From Hydrurus foetidus (lineage: Eukaryota), in NCBI GenBank assembly GCA_900617105.1, contig UYFQ01000263.1, forward strand, positions 1 to 64,000: DNA of 64,000 bases, read 5' to 3'. Shown here in pieces: positions 26,890 to 39,136 of the stretch (its first letter is position 1; each line of letters opens with the position of its first letter). The notes below the pieces were generated by a model. It made no database searches. It saw only the letters and a program-made list of their open reading frames with translations, and was not told the origin of the DNA. A program made the translations under genes and the position numbers.

Positions 26890-28759
26890 TGGCGTGCCAA
26901 AGGTGTTTTTATTATTTTCACCTTTTCCCGAGGATCCCGTACTTTACTTTCTCCGCTCCTACCCTCGCATCTCCGAACTCCAAACCATCGTACTCCTCTC
27001 AACTCATAGCACTGTAGAAAATGCAGCTTCACTCCAGTTGGAAAAGTGAATCAGCAGTTCCTCAAGATGCCTATCATAGCAGCTATAGCCGCTACTACTA
27101 CCTTTGGAAATTTTCATCACGAGAGAAATCAAGCATCCCGAAGACTCATGAAAACAGGAGATTTCACCATCTCCAAACCATACAGAGTATCTGCGACAGC
27201 AGGTAAGACTCTTCTAACGCTTGATTCTTGCTTGAACATGCACAAAAATCTAGCTACTGAACTTTAATACGCCAAAGGCTGACGCCAAATGTTCCATTCC
27301 ACCGAAAATTTTTGATGCCATTTTTGTCTAAAAAATAGTTCCTCTCTATTTTGCAACTGAGCCGCTCAATTCACACGAAATTCTGAGGGAAGTAGCAAAG
27401 TATATCTGTCATGATGCTTGCAAATTCTTAGCGTCTCATGTATTATGTGGCATTTGCTGTTATAGTTACAAGCGTTCAAAAACATCACCTCAATATCACC
27501 ATCAATTTTGCAAATATCTCGCGGATTATTACTCTGCTGATAGAATAGAATATTGTGATCATTACATTACACACTGAATAGAATATCTTGAAGATTTCGC
27601 AGTAGAGCATAACAAATTGTAATTAAAGCATTATTATCCTGAGAAAAGTGCTCTTTCATGGACAGCTTTTGAAACTCCTGACTGCTTCTGCAAAATGCCG
27701 CTTGTGAAACGGCGGTTCAAAGAACCAGTCTAGCTTTTCTTGAGGCTTGAGTGCAAGGGGCAATGGGCTTTTATCTCCTTGGACAATTCTGGGTCAGCAG
27801 CACGCTAAGCACAGAGAAATTGCTGATGTTTCTCTAGTAAATAGGCAGAGATGAAATAGCTCCGGTTGCAACATCCTTTGAACAACTTCAAATAAGTGCA
27901 CTGCTACCAGCGCTAGGAAACAATTTTATAATTCAGTTTCGCTGACAGCATTCTGCAGAAGCATATAGAAGATTCAAAAGCTGTCCATGAAAAAGCACTT
28001 TTCTCAGGATAATAATGCTTTTAATTACAATTTGTTATGCTCTACTTCGAAATCTTCAAGATATTCTATTCAGTGTGTAATGTAATGATCACAATATTCT
28101 ATTCTATCAGCAGAGTAATAATCCGCGAGATATTTGCAAAATTGATGGTGATATTGAGGTGATGTTTTTGAACGCTTGTAACTATAACAGCAAATGCCAC
28201 ATAATACATGAGACGCTAAGAATTTGCAAGCATCATGACAGATATACTTTGCTACTTCCCTCAGAATTTCGTGTGAATTGAGCGGCTCAGTTGCAAAATA
28301 GAGAGGAACTATTTTTTTAGACAAAAATGGCATCAAAAATTTTCGGTGGAATGGAACATTTGGCGTCAGCCTTTGGCGTATTAAAGTTCAGTAGCTAGAT
28401 TTTTGTGCATGTTCAAGCAAGAATCAAGCGTTAGAAGAGTCTTACCTGCTGTCGCAGATACTCTGTATGGTTTGGAGATGGTGAAATCTCCTGTTTTCAT
28501 GAGTCTTCGGGATGCTTGATTTCTCTCGTGATGAAAATTTCCAAAGGTAGTAGTAGCGGCTATAGCTGCTATGATAGGCATCTTGAGGAACTGCTGATTC
28601 ACTTTTCCAACTGGAGTGAAGCTGCATTTTCTACAGTGCTATGAGTTGAGAGGAGTATGATGGTTTGGAGTTTGGAGATGCGAGGGTAGGAGCGGAGAAA
28701 GAAAAGTACGGGATCCTCGGGAAAACGGTGAAAATAATAAAAACACCTTTGGCACGCCA
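26890..28759. mobile_element. Foldback element with ~800-bp inverted arms and TA TSD
   Basis: TA|TGGCGTGCCAAA...TTTGGCACGCCA|TA; arms ~26890-27690 and ~27955-28759. Confidence 0.85.
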
Positions 28760-28893
28760 TACAAATAGCCCAGTCGATAATTATAATACTTTCGTCGTTT
28801 TGGGATTTTGAAACGTCGGATCGTTCAGACCCTACCCATTGTCATCTAGATTGATTGAGGAACCTTCTCACATTCAAAAGATTCTCGGCCACT

Positions 28894-29559
28894 ATGAACT
28901 CACTTGCGCTGATAACTGCAGCTCTCCTTCTATCGTCGGGTATCAGTGAGCCGGTTACTTGCGGCTCAGTAATTAAACTCATTCACAAAGAAACAGGACA
29001 TCATCTTCACAGTCATCCTATTGCATGGGGCAGCGGGAGCGGTCAGCAATCAGTGACAACAACTGGGTCAAACAATGACGCTGGATCAATGTGGATCGTC
29101 AAAGAATCAAGCTCCTCATCAGATGTATGCGAAGTTGGCACACCCGTGAGATGTGGTGACACCATACGGCTTGAACACTCATCAACTGGAAAAAATCTTC
29201 ATTCACATCTATTCAAAGCACCTCTATCCGGCAATCAGGAGGTGTCTGGATTTGGTGGCGAGGTCAATCTCGTAGGTGATTCAGGAGATAACTGGAAAGT
29301 TATATGTGACTCAGGCGACTCCTATTGGACTCGCGGGTCGCCCGTCTCCTTATCTCATAGTGACACGAGCAAATATCTGTTTTCATCTGGCACAGCGAAG
29401 TTCACCGCATCTAATTGCGGATCAGGTTGCCCAATTATGGGGCAAAACGAAGTGTCCGCTGGAGGCAAAAAGAGTATCAAGACTCGTTGGGAGACTGGTC
29501 AAGGTGTTTATTTCCCCCCGAAAGAAAACGCCTCAGACAAAATTGACGATGAGCTTTGA
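28894..29559 (+). CDS. SDF2: Stromal cell-derived factor 2-like ER protein (MIR domains), 221 aa, intronless
   Basis: Signal peptide; VTCGSVIKL, HLHSH..WGSGSGQQSVT, CGDTIRLEH..TGKNLHSH, PLSGNQEVS, GDSGDNW motifs; C-terminal DDEL. Confidence 0.93.
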   Translation: MNSLALITAALLLSSGISEPVTCGSVIKLIHKETGHHLHSHPIAWGSGSGQQSVTTTGSNNDAGSMWIVKESSSSSDVCEVGTPVRCGDTIRLEHSSTGKNLHSHLFKAPLSGNQEVSGFGGEVNLVGDSGDNWKVICDSGDSYWTRGSPVSLSHSDTSKYLFSSGTAKFTASNCGSGCPIMGQNEVSAGGKKSIKTRWETGQGVYFPPKENASDKIDDEL

Positions 29560-29824
29560 ATTGTGCTCACGGAGTCTCAGACTGACATTTGTGGCTCACA
29601 ATGACAAACTGTGAACACTCAAAACGGCTTATTCCCCTGTGGGCCCCTACATTGATGACATTAGATAAATATCACAAAATGAAGAAAGCTGGTTCAACGA
29701 AACGCCGGTGTCAACGCGAAATGGGACGAAATCTGCTTCTTCGAAATATTTCAGAATGTTTCCTTTACTTACGTGCTTAGAACACTGCCTACACGACATC
29801 GTGTGGCTGCATAAACACAATAAT

Positions 29825-30774
29825 TTATGACCCCTCAGTTTCACCACTAGATTTTGGAATTCTCCTCAACCCACTGCCATCGAGATAAGCAACACCGGAT
29901 CCTATGGTCGTCACTGCCGTGATCCACCACAAGGGTTCGACGAAAATCTCGGAGGGCAAATCGAAAGCAAAGTTCCCGAGCGACGTTGTTAGGAGGAGAA
30001 ACTGGCAGCAAGTATTCAGTTTGCTCAAGTCGCTTGGAACGATCTCAAATGTGGCGGTGTGTTTCGCATCAAAAAAAGGTGCGCCAACAGGTTTTTCCTT
30101 GAATCTCATCGCGAAAGCCGCTGACACGATTACAACATCACGGCCGATGATGATGGAAGCAAGAGGAAGAGGAAATAGACCTTTAACTGCTAATCCAACG
30201 ACTAGGGACCCGATCAGTACCTTGTCCGCCAACGGGTCAAGACAGGCCCCGAGGGCTGTCTGTTGGTTGTATCTCCTTGCAATATACCCGTCTAACCAGT
30301 CGGAAAACCCAAATAAAATGCAGCCACCAAGCGCTATTCCCTTCATATCGTAGGCTACAGCATAGGCAAGACCAGGTGAGGCAATTATCCTGTCCTTGTA
30401 ACATGGCATGAACAGAGATATTAACACGAGTGGAGTCAAGTTGCAGCAAACCTACAGGATCACCACGAACATTGTGTAAACGACTGAATACATCTGTGAT
30501 GTATTACGATCGAAATCTTCTAATTTCATAGAACGCCTGGATCTTGCGACAGAGAGCTAGAAAAGCAGTCATACCTGGATAGTGTGATCACATTTGGTAC
30601 CGTGAACAGTTCTCTGTTATCAAGGAACGATAGAGCCGATCTGCTTTTGCTGAACATCCTGACTGCTTCGAAAGCAGTGTGGGATTGTGATGGCGTTTTC
30701 GATGAGAGTGACCTCGATATCATGCTGGAAATCCTCATCATGGCTTTACTATTTTTCAGAGGCGTCTGATACAC
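29825..30774 (-). CDS. CDP-alcohol phosphatidyltransferase, likely mitochondrial cardiolipin synthase; exons 30774-30575 and 30389-29825
   Basis: [27 protein letters not shown] signature. GT-AG intron 30574-30390 restores [15 protein letters not shown]-rich presequence-like N-terminus; start codon uncertain. Confidence 0.88.
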
Positions 30775-33162
30775 TTCATGCGATTGTGGATAAGCTAGTC
30801 GAAAAGTGGTCGTCGTTCCGTGTTAATGTGCAATTCCTCCACTAATATTTTGTCATGACGGCTCTGTGCGGAATGATTATCAGCACTCTGTAACCTGTGC
30901 TCTGTTTTTAATGATATGATCCTTCTGCTCGATGCTCCATAACTTGCTCAAAGCTCACAGCTCGACAGCTCGAGCTATACCTCCATAATATAGCATTTAT
31001 GAGGGAGTGACCCTGAAAGTGTCGGAATTGGCCGTAAAACTGAAGCGAATATAAGATTTGGTTACTGTACTATTATAGCAAGGGGGTATGGGAGCGAACA
31101 ACCAGGCCAACATTCCAGGCCAAAATGCCAGGCCAAAAGTTTAGTTCGCGATTAATGCACGATCTTACTCCCAACTCTCCTCTCTCCACTCGGGTACTCT
31201 CCTCTCGGCTCCCAACACTATAAAATATTCTTTGCCGTAGCGGTAGGGACCAAAGTTATCGGCCAATCGCTTCTAGCGTCGATATTTTGGAAGGGATGTC
31301 ATTGTCCTTGATTACTGGTTGCATTTTGGCACTGGCGAGGAAATGGGACATGTAGGTTCGCATCTTCGAATGGAATTCAGTATATTACTATTCTGATTTC
31401 CCCATTCACTTGCTGCTGCATAGGTGAGCAGTCCCGGTTGATTTGATCTTTGACAGGGACTCAATTGAGAGACGGAACGTTGCAGACTTTGTTTCCTATC
31501 GAAGATGCTGATAAGGCGGACATACATGCATGTGGGGATGTGCTGATAGTTGCACGTGATTCTCTACGTGCGCATCATTCAATTCATCTTTTTCTGCCAC
31601 TTTGGTTAGTCTCCCTAACTGAGTCGTCAACATGTAGCGTAGACCTGTCTTCCAAATCACGACGTCACTTCCAGCAACGTCAAACGATACTATTGTGCTA
31701 CTCCGGTTTTATTCAAAACAATATGAACCATGTTATTATTTACTGAAACCGCATTTCATTGAAAACAGTTGTGAATATCCGCATTGCAATTCAACCACAA
31801 CCCCTTTCTCTCAATTACACATACATTCTCTCTCTCACACTTATTGTCGATTACGTTCCCACCAATGATACATTCTCTAGCTGTCCCACTCACATGTGCA
31901 CTCGCTTTCCTTAGCTGTGCAATCTCGCTCTCTATTTGTTTACTTGTTCCTTCTTGTGTCTTCATCAGAGAAGAGGAATCTTTTTACTGAATGAATTTTT
32001 AGTTCAAAAGTTTAATGTAAAAAATTTAAAGAGAGAGACACTGTGGGACAGTTATATCTAGTTCTAATGTGGCAGATACAGAGAATATTGCTCATTCATT
32101 ATTCATGAAGAAGAGAAGTTGATGTCAGTAGATAAGTGAGGAGAAGGACATGCGATGAATTACCCCCGGAAGGTACCTACGTACTCCTCTAGTAGGGTTA
32201 CTTCATACGTATATGCCCTGATCAGCTCTACCGCATATGAAAAAGAGTTATCTGCCTCGACCAGTCGTATCTGCCCACCTAATATTGTGCTACGAGTAAA
32301 AAAGAAAATTGAAGAGTAGTCAGAGTCATCGAAGTTATTTTAATGTGCGCAGTTATTTAATATGAGAGTTAGGTTGCAGTTCGCAACTAATCACTCAGCA
32401 TTCGTAATCGACAGTGTTCCACCTGAATGTCAACAATTCCCTAGTTGACTGCAATGACGTAGTAGACATTATTGATTACTAATCACCTGCACCCGACAGG
32501 TTTGACCTTTCCGGCAATGACTTCGGCTGCGAATATTAGCTGATGTTCTCAACCCACAACCAACTCCGTGGACGGCTGTACTTAAGAACAGGTGGTTCCG
32601 TCTGCCGATGGTATTTGCCTATGATAGTAGCACGCGAGATCCAAGAAGAAAGGAAAGCAGTAAGAATTAGTCTGTTGAATTCGATTCGAAGATGGGAACT
32701 TACATGCTCCGTTTCCTCGTCAGTGCCGAAACGCAATCAATTATCGAGGAAGCTGCCTGCGGAAGTCGCGCTCTTCTGTGACCCACCTGCTCAAGGTGCC
32801 ATCTCCGCAGAATTCACATCGCTTCTGGCGAGATAATCGATGCTAAAGGTGAATTAAGAGTAGACCCTATCAGCGGTAATGACATCCCTTCCAAAATATC
32901 GACGCTGGAAGCGATTGGCCGATAACTTTGGTCCCTACCGCTACGGCAAAGAATATTTTATAGTGTTGGGAGCCGAGAGGAGAGTACCCGAGTGTAGGCT
33001 AGAGCGAACCTGGCCTTCGACTTTTAGAAAGCTGGCCTCAGATTTGAGTCTAGGTATAGGAAGGGAGGAAACAACGGAAAGTAGAGAAAAACCGTTTTTT
33101 ATTTTTAGAACCGTATAGCTGCATGAAAAAAAAAATATTTGACATGAAAAAGAGCACAATTT

Positions 33163-35585
33163 TCAGTCCTGTACCAATGCACCATCGTCAATTTTATTAT
33201 GCTGTAACATTACAGAACACTCAGTGTAGTCTTCTAGCGACCGTCTCATCTGACCAACGGAAAAAGTATTTTTTAGTATGGAGAATACTCGCTCGGCACC
33301 AGCAGATGATGGAGTAAGGGTGAAGCAGTAACGAGCAAATTTTGCCAGATTAGGTAACCTAGCAAAGCGGTCTCCCCAAAATGTTGCACAACGATCCATC
33401 TGAAATTTGTAGACTCCTTCATCATCGGTCCTACGGAAATCCAAAACTTCACGTTTGTAACTGATTAGCTCCTGTACCATACTTTCAATCTCAGGGTTGT
33501 GGAATCTATTGAGCTTAACCACCGCAGTCCTGAAATCATTCGCAAAATTAGGAACTTGGAAATTGTCTCTCATCCATATTGGGTTCGCATATCTGCAAGT
33601 CTTATAAATCTCCAAATCATCACGGAGCTTTCCCATTATAGTGTCATTGAAGTACTTCACACCGCCATGAACACTCAGCTTTGCTTTCTCTATGATGTGT
33701 TCGGTGAGAGTATCTGCACTCATGCCCTCATATAGGACGTTGTCGCCGAGTAGAGTCGTCACACAGTCATCGATTACATCGGACATTCCAGGAAATGAGA
33801 GATCGTCATAGTTATCATTCAGCCAGTCACTGCACTTGATGATCGTATCATAGGCCAACAAAGCACAGCACTTATCACCCTCAAGATTGTATGTTGCTTC
33901 GATCATATTCTTTCCCACTATACCAACAACTCCAAGCTCAAATTTCAGGAAAGCACGTGAGACGTCATTCGCCATGGTCTCTCTTAATCGTTGTATCCGC
34001 GCTCCTTTCTCCATGTCACCATCGCCATCAGCAGTGGCACAGAATGTTGCAACATCCTCGAAATTTTCCATCAGAAAGATGAGCAGCTCCAGTTCGGCCC
34101 ACCATCTTGTATTTCCTGGTGGTTTCCAGCATTTTTGAAAGACATTAAACCTGCTCATTGTATCATTAAGAGTAAATTTGAGACATGTATCGCATCAAGT
34201 AGTTTTTGTGGTTTTATTACCAGTGTGCTGCAGCTTTGTTGTTCCCTCCATGGGCATTGCACAGAGCGCACAAATCCTCCTTAAACACTTTTGCGTTTCT
34301 CGCCTTCATATGCTCGCCAACATGAGTGACAGTATGAGAGAGGCAGTGAAGGTTGGCTGATCCTTTGAAGAGGGACTGTAGTGCAACCATACTCAACTCA
34401 TTCGCTGAAGCTCGGTCTTTTTGAAAGGCCATGATACCACCATGCTCCACAATTCGATCTCCCATTGTAGACCCATACTTGACATTATAACTTACTAATA
34501 CCGTATTAATCGCATTGGATATTTGTTCGTTATCTTTGCAACTCTGGTACTTACCCAGATGCACAAGCTCTTGAACTACACTGAAGTCGAGTGTAACGAA
34601 TCTTAAGATGATCGCTAAAACTTCATCGACGCGTGTTGAGCCGTCAAAAATAACCGTGTAGCCGCTACCACGCTTCAAACTTTTCTTAATTCGTTCGATT
34701 TCGAATTGATGGATTGGAGGTATGTATGAACGCAGATGAGATGAATGAGTTAAAGAGAGCCCCGCACGCTTCTCCAGAAAAGGACGCATATCATCCGCCT
34801 AACCGTAATTTGAACGGCGTGAAACCGTGAAAGGGTGAAGGATACATTCGGTATTTCCATTCATCTCGTACCTTCGAAATCTCAACTCCACTCAGCATAA
34901 GCATGCGAACAGTTTCCATCCTGAAAAAGTCTGTGTTCTCAGTCAACGTGCGTCCCTCATTATCGGGGTTTCCTAGGCGCCATTTTTTCAACGATGAGGA
35001 CAGGACAATTTCCTCAGCGACGTTTTGTCCATCCTTCTCAATATTCCTCTTGTGTAGAGCCGAATCCATATGGCTTTGACAGTTGCTCTTGTTGGGATTC
35101 ACTACCTTCAAGCAGACCCTACACCAAAGTCGTATCAGCCCGTCGACTTGTTTTGTAACCAGAAGCCCCATGTTCTTCTTGTCGCTGATTCTCAGTTGTA
35201 TCTCCATTTTACTCTGGCCTCCTGTCTTCTCTACTCTGTTTGAAGCAACTAGAGTTTTGCTCTCCCGTTCTCTTGATCTCACCGACATATCAGGTACGTG
35301 AGTCTCTTCAATGGAAGTTAAAACGATACTTCCAACTCGCGTTGACTTCTTCTTCAGGATGGCTGTTCCGCCAAAAGTTGGTGGGCCTTTACGCTTGCCG
35401 CTTTGTGTTTCAACATCTTCTGACTCCTCATTCACATCGCTCTGATCGGAATTCTCATTCTCCTCGATTCTCTGTGGCATCGAGTTTGAAAGATCAGTAT
35501 CATCTTCCTGACGGACGATCTGTTCTCCAGAAGATTGCCGCGGTGCCACGAAGTACGAAGATATCGTGGTTTTTCGGGTGCTCAT
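33163..35585 (-). CDS. hAT transposase, ~759 aa; exons 35585-34872, 34798-34221, 34150-33163
   Basis: Two GT-AG introns (73 and 70 bp) join three ORFs in frame. Zinc finger CRVC..H..H, IFDGST, QKDRAS, CLSH, TRW and SSAGAERVFS dimerisation-region motif. Confidence 0.88.
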
Positions 35586-35814
35586 TGCAGGATGTTTGCT
35601 ATTTTCTGCCTATCTGGATGTGACGTCGACAATCGACAGTCGACAGCAGCGTTTGAAATGTGTTGAGTCTACTGTTCAGTTTTGAAATCTGCACTGACAG
35701 CTTGAATGTGTTGTGCGCGTTGCGCGGCGTGCGTACAGAATACAGAAAATCAAAGGAATTTTCGTTACATACAATGAGAACAAAACAGTACCCAAGAAGT
35801 TCATAGCTCAAGAG

Positions 35815-36200
35815 ATTATTCCCAATTGAATGCTACGCGATCATAATCGCAGTGTAGAGTGACTGCGTTATGGTGTAATTTTATCTCTCCTCCGTCCTCA
35901 ATAGGATGAGACAAGTATACGGCAGAAGTATCACTGTTTTAGACACAACAGCGTATGAGGGGAGTGGAAGAAATAATTCCCAATTGAATGATACGCGATT
36001 ATAATCGCAGTGTACAGTGATTGCATTATGGTGTAAGCTTATACGCCCCACCGTCCTCAATAGGATGAGACCAGTATACAATATACGGCAGAAGAATCGC
36101 TGAGCCAGACAAGACGCTTTATAAAGCTGGAAGTATAAGAGATAATTTCCAATGAAATGCTACGCGATTATAATCGCAGCGTAAGGAAGTCATTTTATGG
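35815..36200. repeat. Three degenerate ~160-bp repeats upstream of the hAT transposase
   Basis: ATTCCCAATTGAATG(C/A)TACGCGAT(C/T)ATAATCGCAG recurs near 35818, 35976 and 36145. Confidence 0.65.
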
Positions 36201-39136
36201 TGTCAGGTCATGAGTCACGAAGTGGAGATGAAGTTAGATGGTAGAGCAGTTGCTACATATGCGCGCGCGATATCGATTTGTTCGACCGTGATGCTGATCG
36301 CGTGAGAACAGTAGCGGAGTTGCAATGTCATTGGGCCCGTTTCCAATTATAACTATCGCGATTACAATCACGTTGTATCGTTTCTGCTACAGTCCTAGAT
36401 CTGGGAGTCAATCTAAATATTCCCGCCATGCTTCTTTGGGAATCGGTCTGAGATCGCTGCGATCGAGTCGCGAAGGACGTAGGCAATGAAGTTTCAGATA
36501 TCCTATACCATGGGAGTCCCAATTCCAACGTCGAATGCCCTATCAGAAGCTGCGTTGATGTTGCCGATGACCGGCAATCCTGTTTCACAATGTCGGCTAC
36601 CGCAAAAAGTGATCCAGTTGGATTTCTTGGCATAGAGGATATCATTTCCGCGCGAGAAAAATGTCGTAGGGAGAGGAAGAGATCCTTGACAACTTTCCCA
36701 GCGAAGATGACGTGCTTTATGCTACGTGGATGTCGATCAGTGTTGAAGAGGTGTTGGTGATTGTTAAGCTTCGATGGACGGCAACGATTTCGATTCGAAC
36801 GATCTGAGATCCTGAAAGCCGAAAGTGAACATGAAAGTGTCAACGTCACCTTCTGGGGACATGAAGAAAATCAGAAGTTTTTTTACCGGAATACCTGGGG
36901 GTTCTAGATATGGGGGGTCTATATGGGGGGGTCTATATGAGGTGGGGGGTCGATGGTCGATGGTCGATGGTGACTGAGGGTCCAGAATCCAGGAACCATC
37001 TCTCTTCTCTCTCTCACTTCAACATTCTGTATATCGTATTTTATTGCATTTTTGAGTTCCTCATGATCGAAGGTAACTTTCCCCAAAGTTTGGACCACTA
37101 AATCTTCTGGGAACCCCAAAATTTAGGGGACGTTTCACTTCGCTGGCCTCAGCGATCGCCTGGCCACCTAAAACTGGCCCGGGGCCAGTGAGGCCAGGTT
37201 CGCTCAAGCCTACCCGAGTGGAGAGAGGAGAGTTGGGAGTAAGATCGTGCATTAATCGCGAACTAAACTTTTGGCCTGGCATTTTGGCCTGGAATGTTGG
37301 CCTGGTTGTTCGCTCCCAGGGGGTATTAAAAGGAGAGGGGGCGGATCTCGCTCTCAGGCCACCGGAAAAAATTCTCACATGCCCCTCACTCAACATCCAA
37401 CTACCAGCAGTAGCTCAGTCATTGATATCACCGTGGAGCCCCTCAGTCATACGTACACTGCAGGAAAACTGCAGCAGCTGCTGGGACGATGTAAGTTTCT
37501 CTCCATTGATCATGACCTGCGTCGTGATTTGGCAGTGATACTTTGAATGCACGCTACATCTTTTGCCTGCAATTGATCGAGGGCACAGAGCGTTTTTGAT
37601 AATCAACTTTCCGCCATGAAATCTGTGATGCTTCGGCAGATTAATCTCCTTTGCTTCACGATATCACTCCCGAAATTTCACAGATTTAATCTGGAAATTG
37701 AAGTTTATACGATCATATTCCACTTACTGTCACCATTCTCTGAAGCTCTACCTCATCCATTGACTAAATACCAATTACTGCCCCCGACAGGAACGTCCTC
37801 TCGTCGCAACAATGCTGGCAGTGACGATGCTGCGCCAAATTGGACTCCCGTTGCCTTAAATTGAGGCTTGAACTGGGCTACGGGCTCGAATCGATGGCCA
37901 CCGATATATCGGGACTATTACGTTTGGAAGGTGCCGCCGTCACCGAGTCTTCCCAAATCTCGGATACATCGACACTTTATAATAGTCCTTCCTTTATTCT
38001 GACTAAACTCTCTGCAGGGCTTCGTCTCGCTGGGATTTTACCGCCGAGGTTGCGTTGCTCAAGAAAAGACGTATTTTAGATAGATAGGCATTTTTTACTT
38101 ACAGCATGTTTTAAATCATGTAAATTAAAGAACATTTCACTTGAGAAGTCTCTCAAGCAAATGCGCATGAGATTTGCCTTTGGAGAGGACAGCCTCGCTC
38201 AAAAATTGACTCTATGCTGGGATTTTTGTCCGTAAATTTTGGAAGATGAAACAGCCATTATCTCCATAACAACTCATCTGCAACGGCCCCCAAATGGTGC
38301 AGTCGTTTCATACTCCTAACTCATGGCATATTCTGCCTGTCAGTGGAATTCAAACTAATTTTCAGTAGCATTGGTCAGGTCTCGTTTTTGACTGAAAATA
38401 TGATATCTGCGATTTTGCAACCTCCACACTCGTGGAGCTCATCACTGTGTTTCCTCGATGCCAAATTTTCTGCCTTTCCTTGAAGAACCGGCGCAATACA
38501 AAAATTGAGCGAACTTTGATGGTCAGACTAGTATATAAGGATCATTAATGCATGGTGAGTCACGACCTAGTGTTATAGTTTCCACTATGTGTATATCACA
38601 CGTACATACGCACGTTGCTCACAACCACAAGTTTTTCATTCCAGTTTTCTGTTTCTGATTCTTAGATTGCTTCAACTCGTGATGCACTCGTTGCCTGTCA
38701 ATCTCACTCACTTTTCATCGCTTTAAAACTTTAACTGAAACACCTATACCGATACGGCTTCTCTTAGCCATCTCCGCTATTCTGGACTGACTTTCTTGTC
38801 AGCTAAAAGATCTTCGTCTCCTGCTTTCTTGCAGAACGAATCACCGCTTTTCGTCACTTCACGACGTGCAACCGGCATAAAAGTACTTTTCTCATTCACG
38901 CACTTCGCGCAATCGAAAGATGCTTTCCTCGGAAAGTTATTCAGTATCTTATCTCATAGAGGCCTCGACCAATTTGCACAATTACTCTACTCTGAGAAGA
39001 TTCGGACATAAAGCTACGCAAGCTCCGAAGAAGCAAGAGTCAAGAAGTTTTTGTGTAAGTCTTTGTTTCCAATCTGAAACTTCCGTCTACAGCCGATCTA
39101 CGAATTCTCTTCTCCTATACTCTGGCTAGAAATTCC

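Larger units (their letters stand above)
22996..28834. mobile_element. Non-autonomous TIR element with hAT-like ends, carrying nested insertions
   Basis: 22-bp TIR TAGGGTCTGA(C/A)CGATCCGACGT; 8-bp TSD CCCATTGT at 22988-22995 and 28835-28842. Confidence 0.85.
32995..37212 (-). mobile_element. Full-length hAT DNA transposon
   Basis: TIR TAGGCT(A/T)GAGCGAACCTGGCCT; 8-bp TSD CCCGAGTG at 32987-32994 and 37213-37220; encodes a transposase. Confidence 0.93.
31090..37317. mobile_element. MULE-like non-autonomous element with ~210-bp TIRs
   Basis: TIR starts GGGAGCGAACAACCAGGCC; right TIR split by the hAT (32878-32994 + 37221-37317); 9-bp TSD AGGGGGTAT at 31081-31089 and 37318-37326. Confidence 0.82.

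Noticed and set aside
36328..36849. 173-aa ORF as a second hAT gene
   Set aside because: No recognisable motif and no ATG start; left uncalled.
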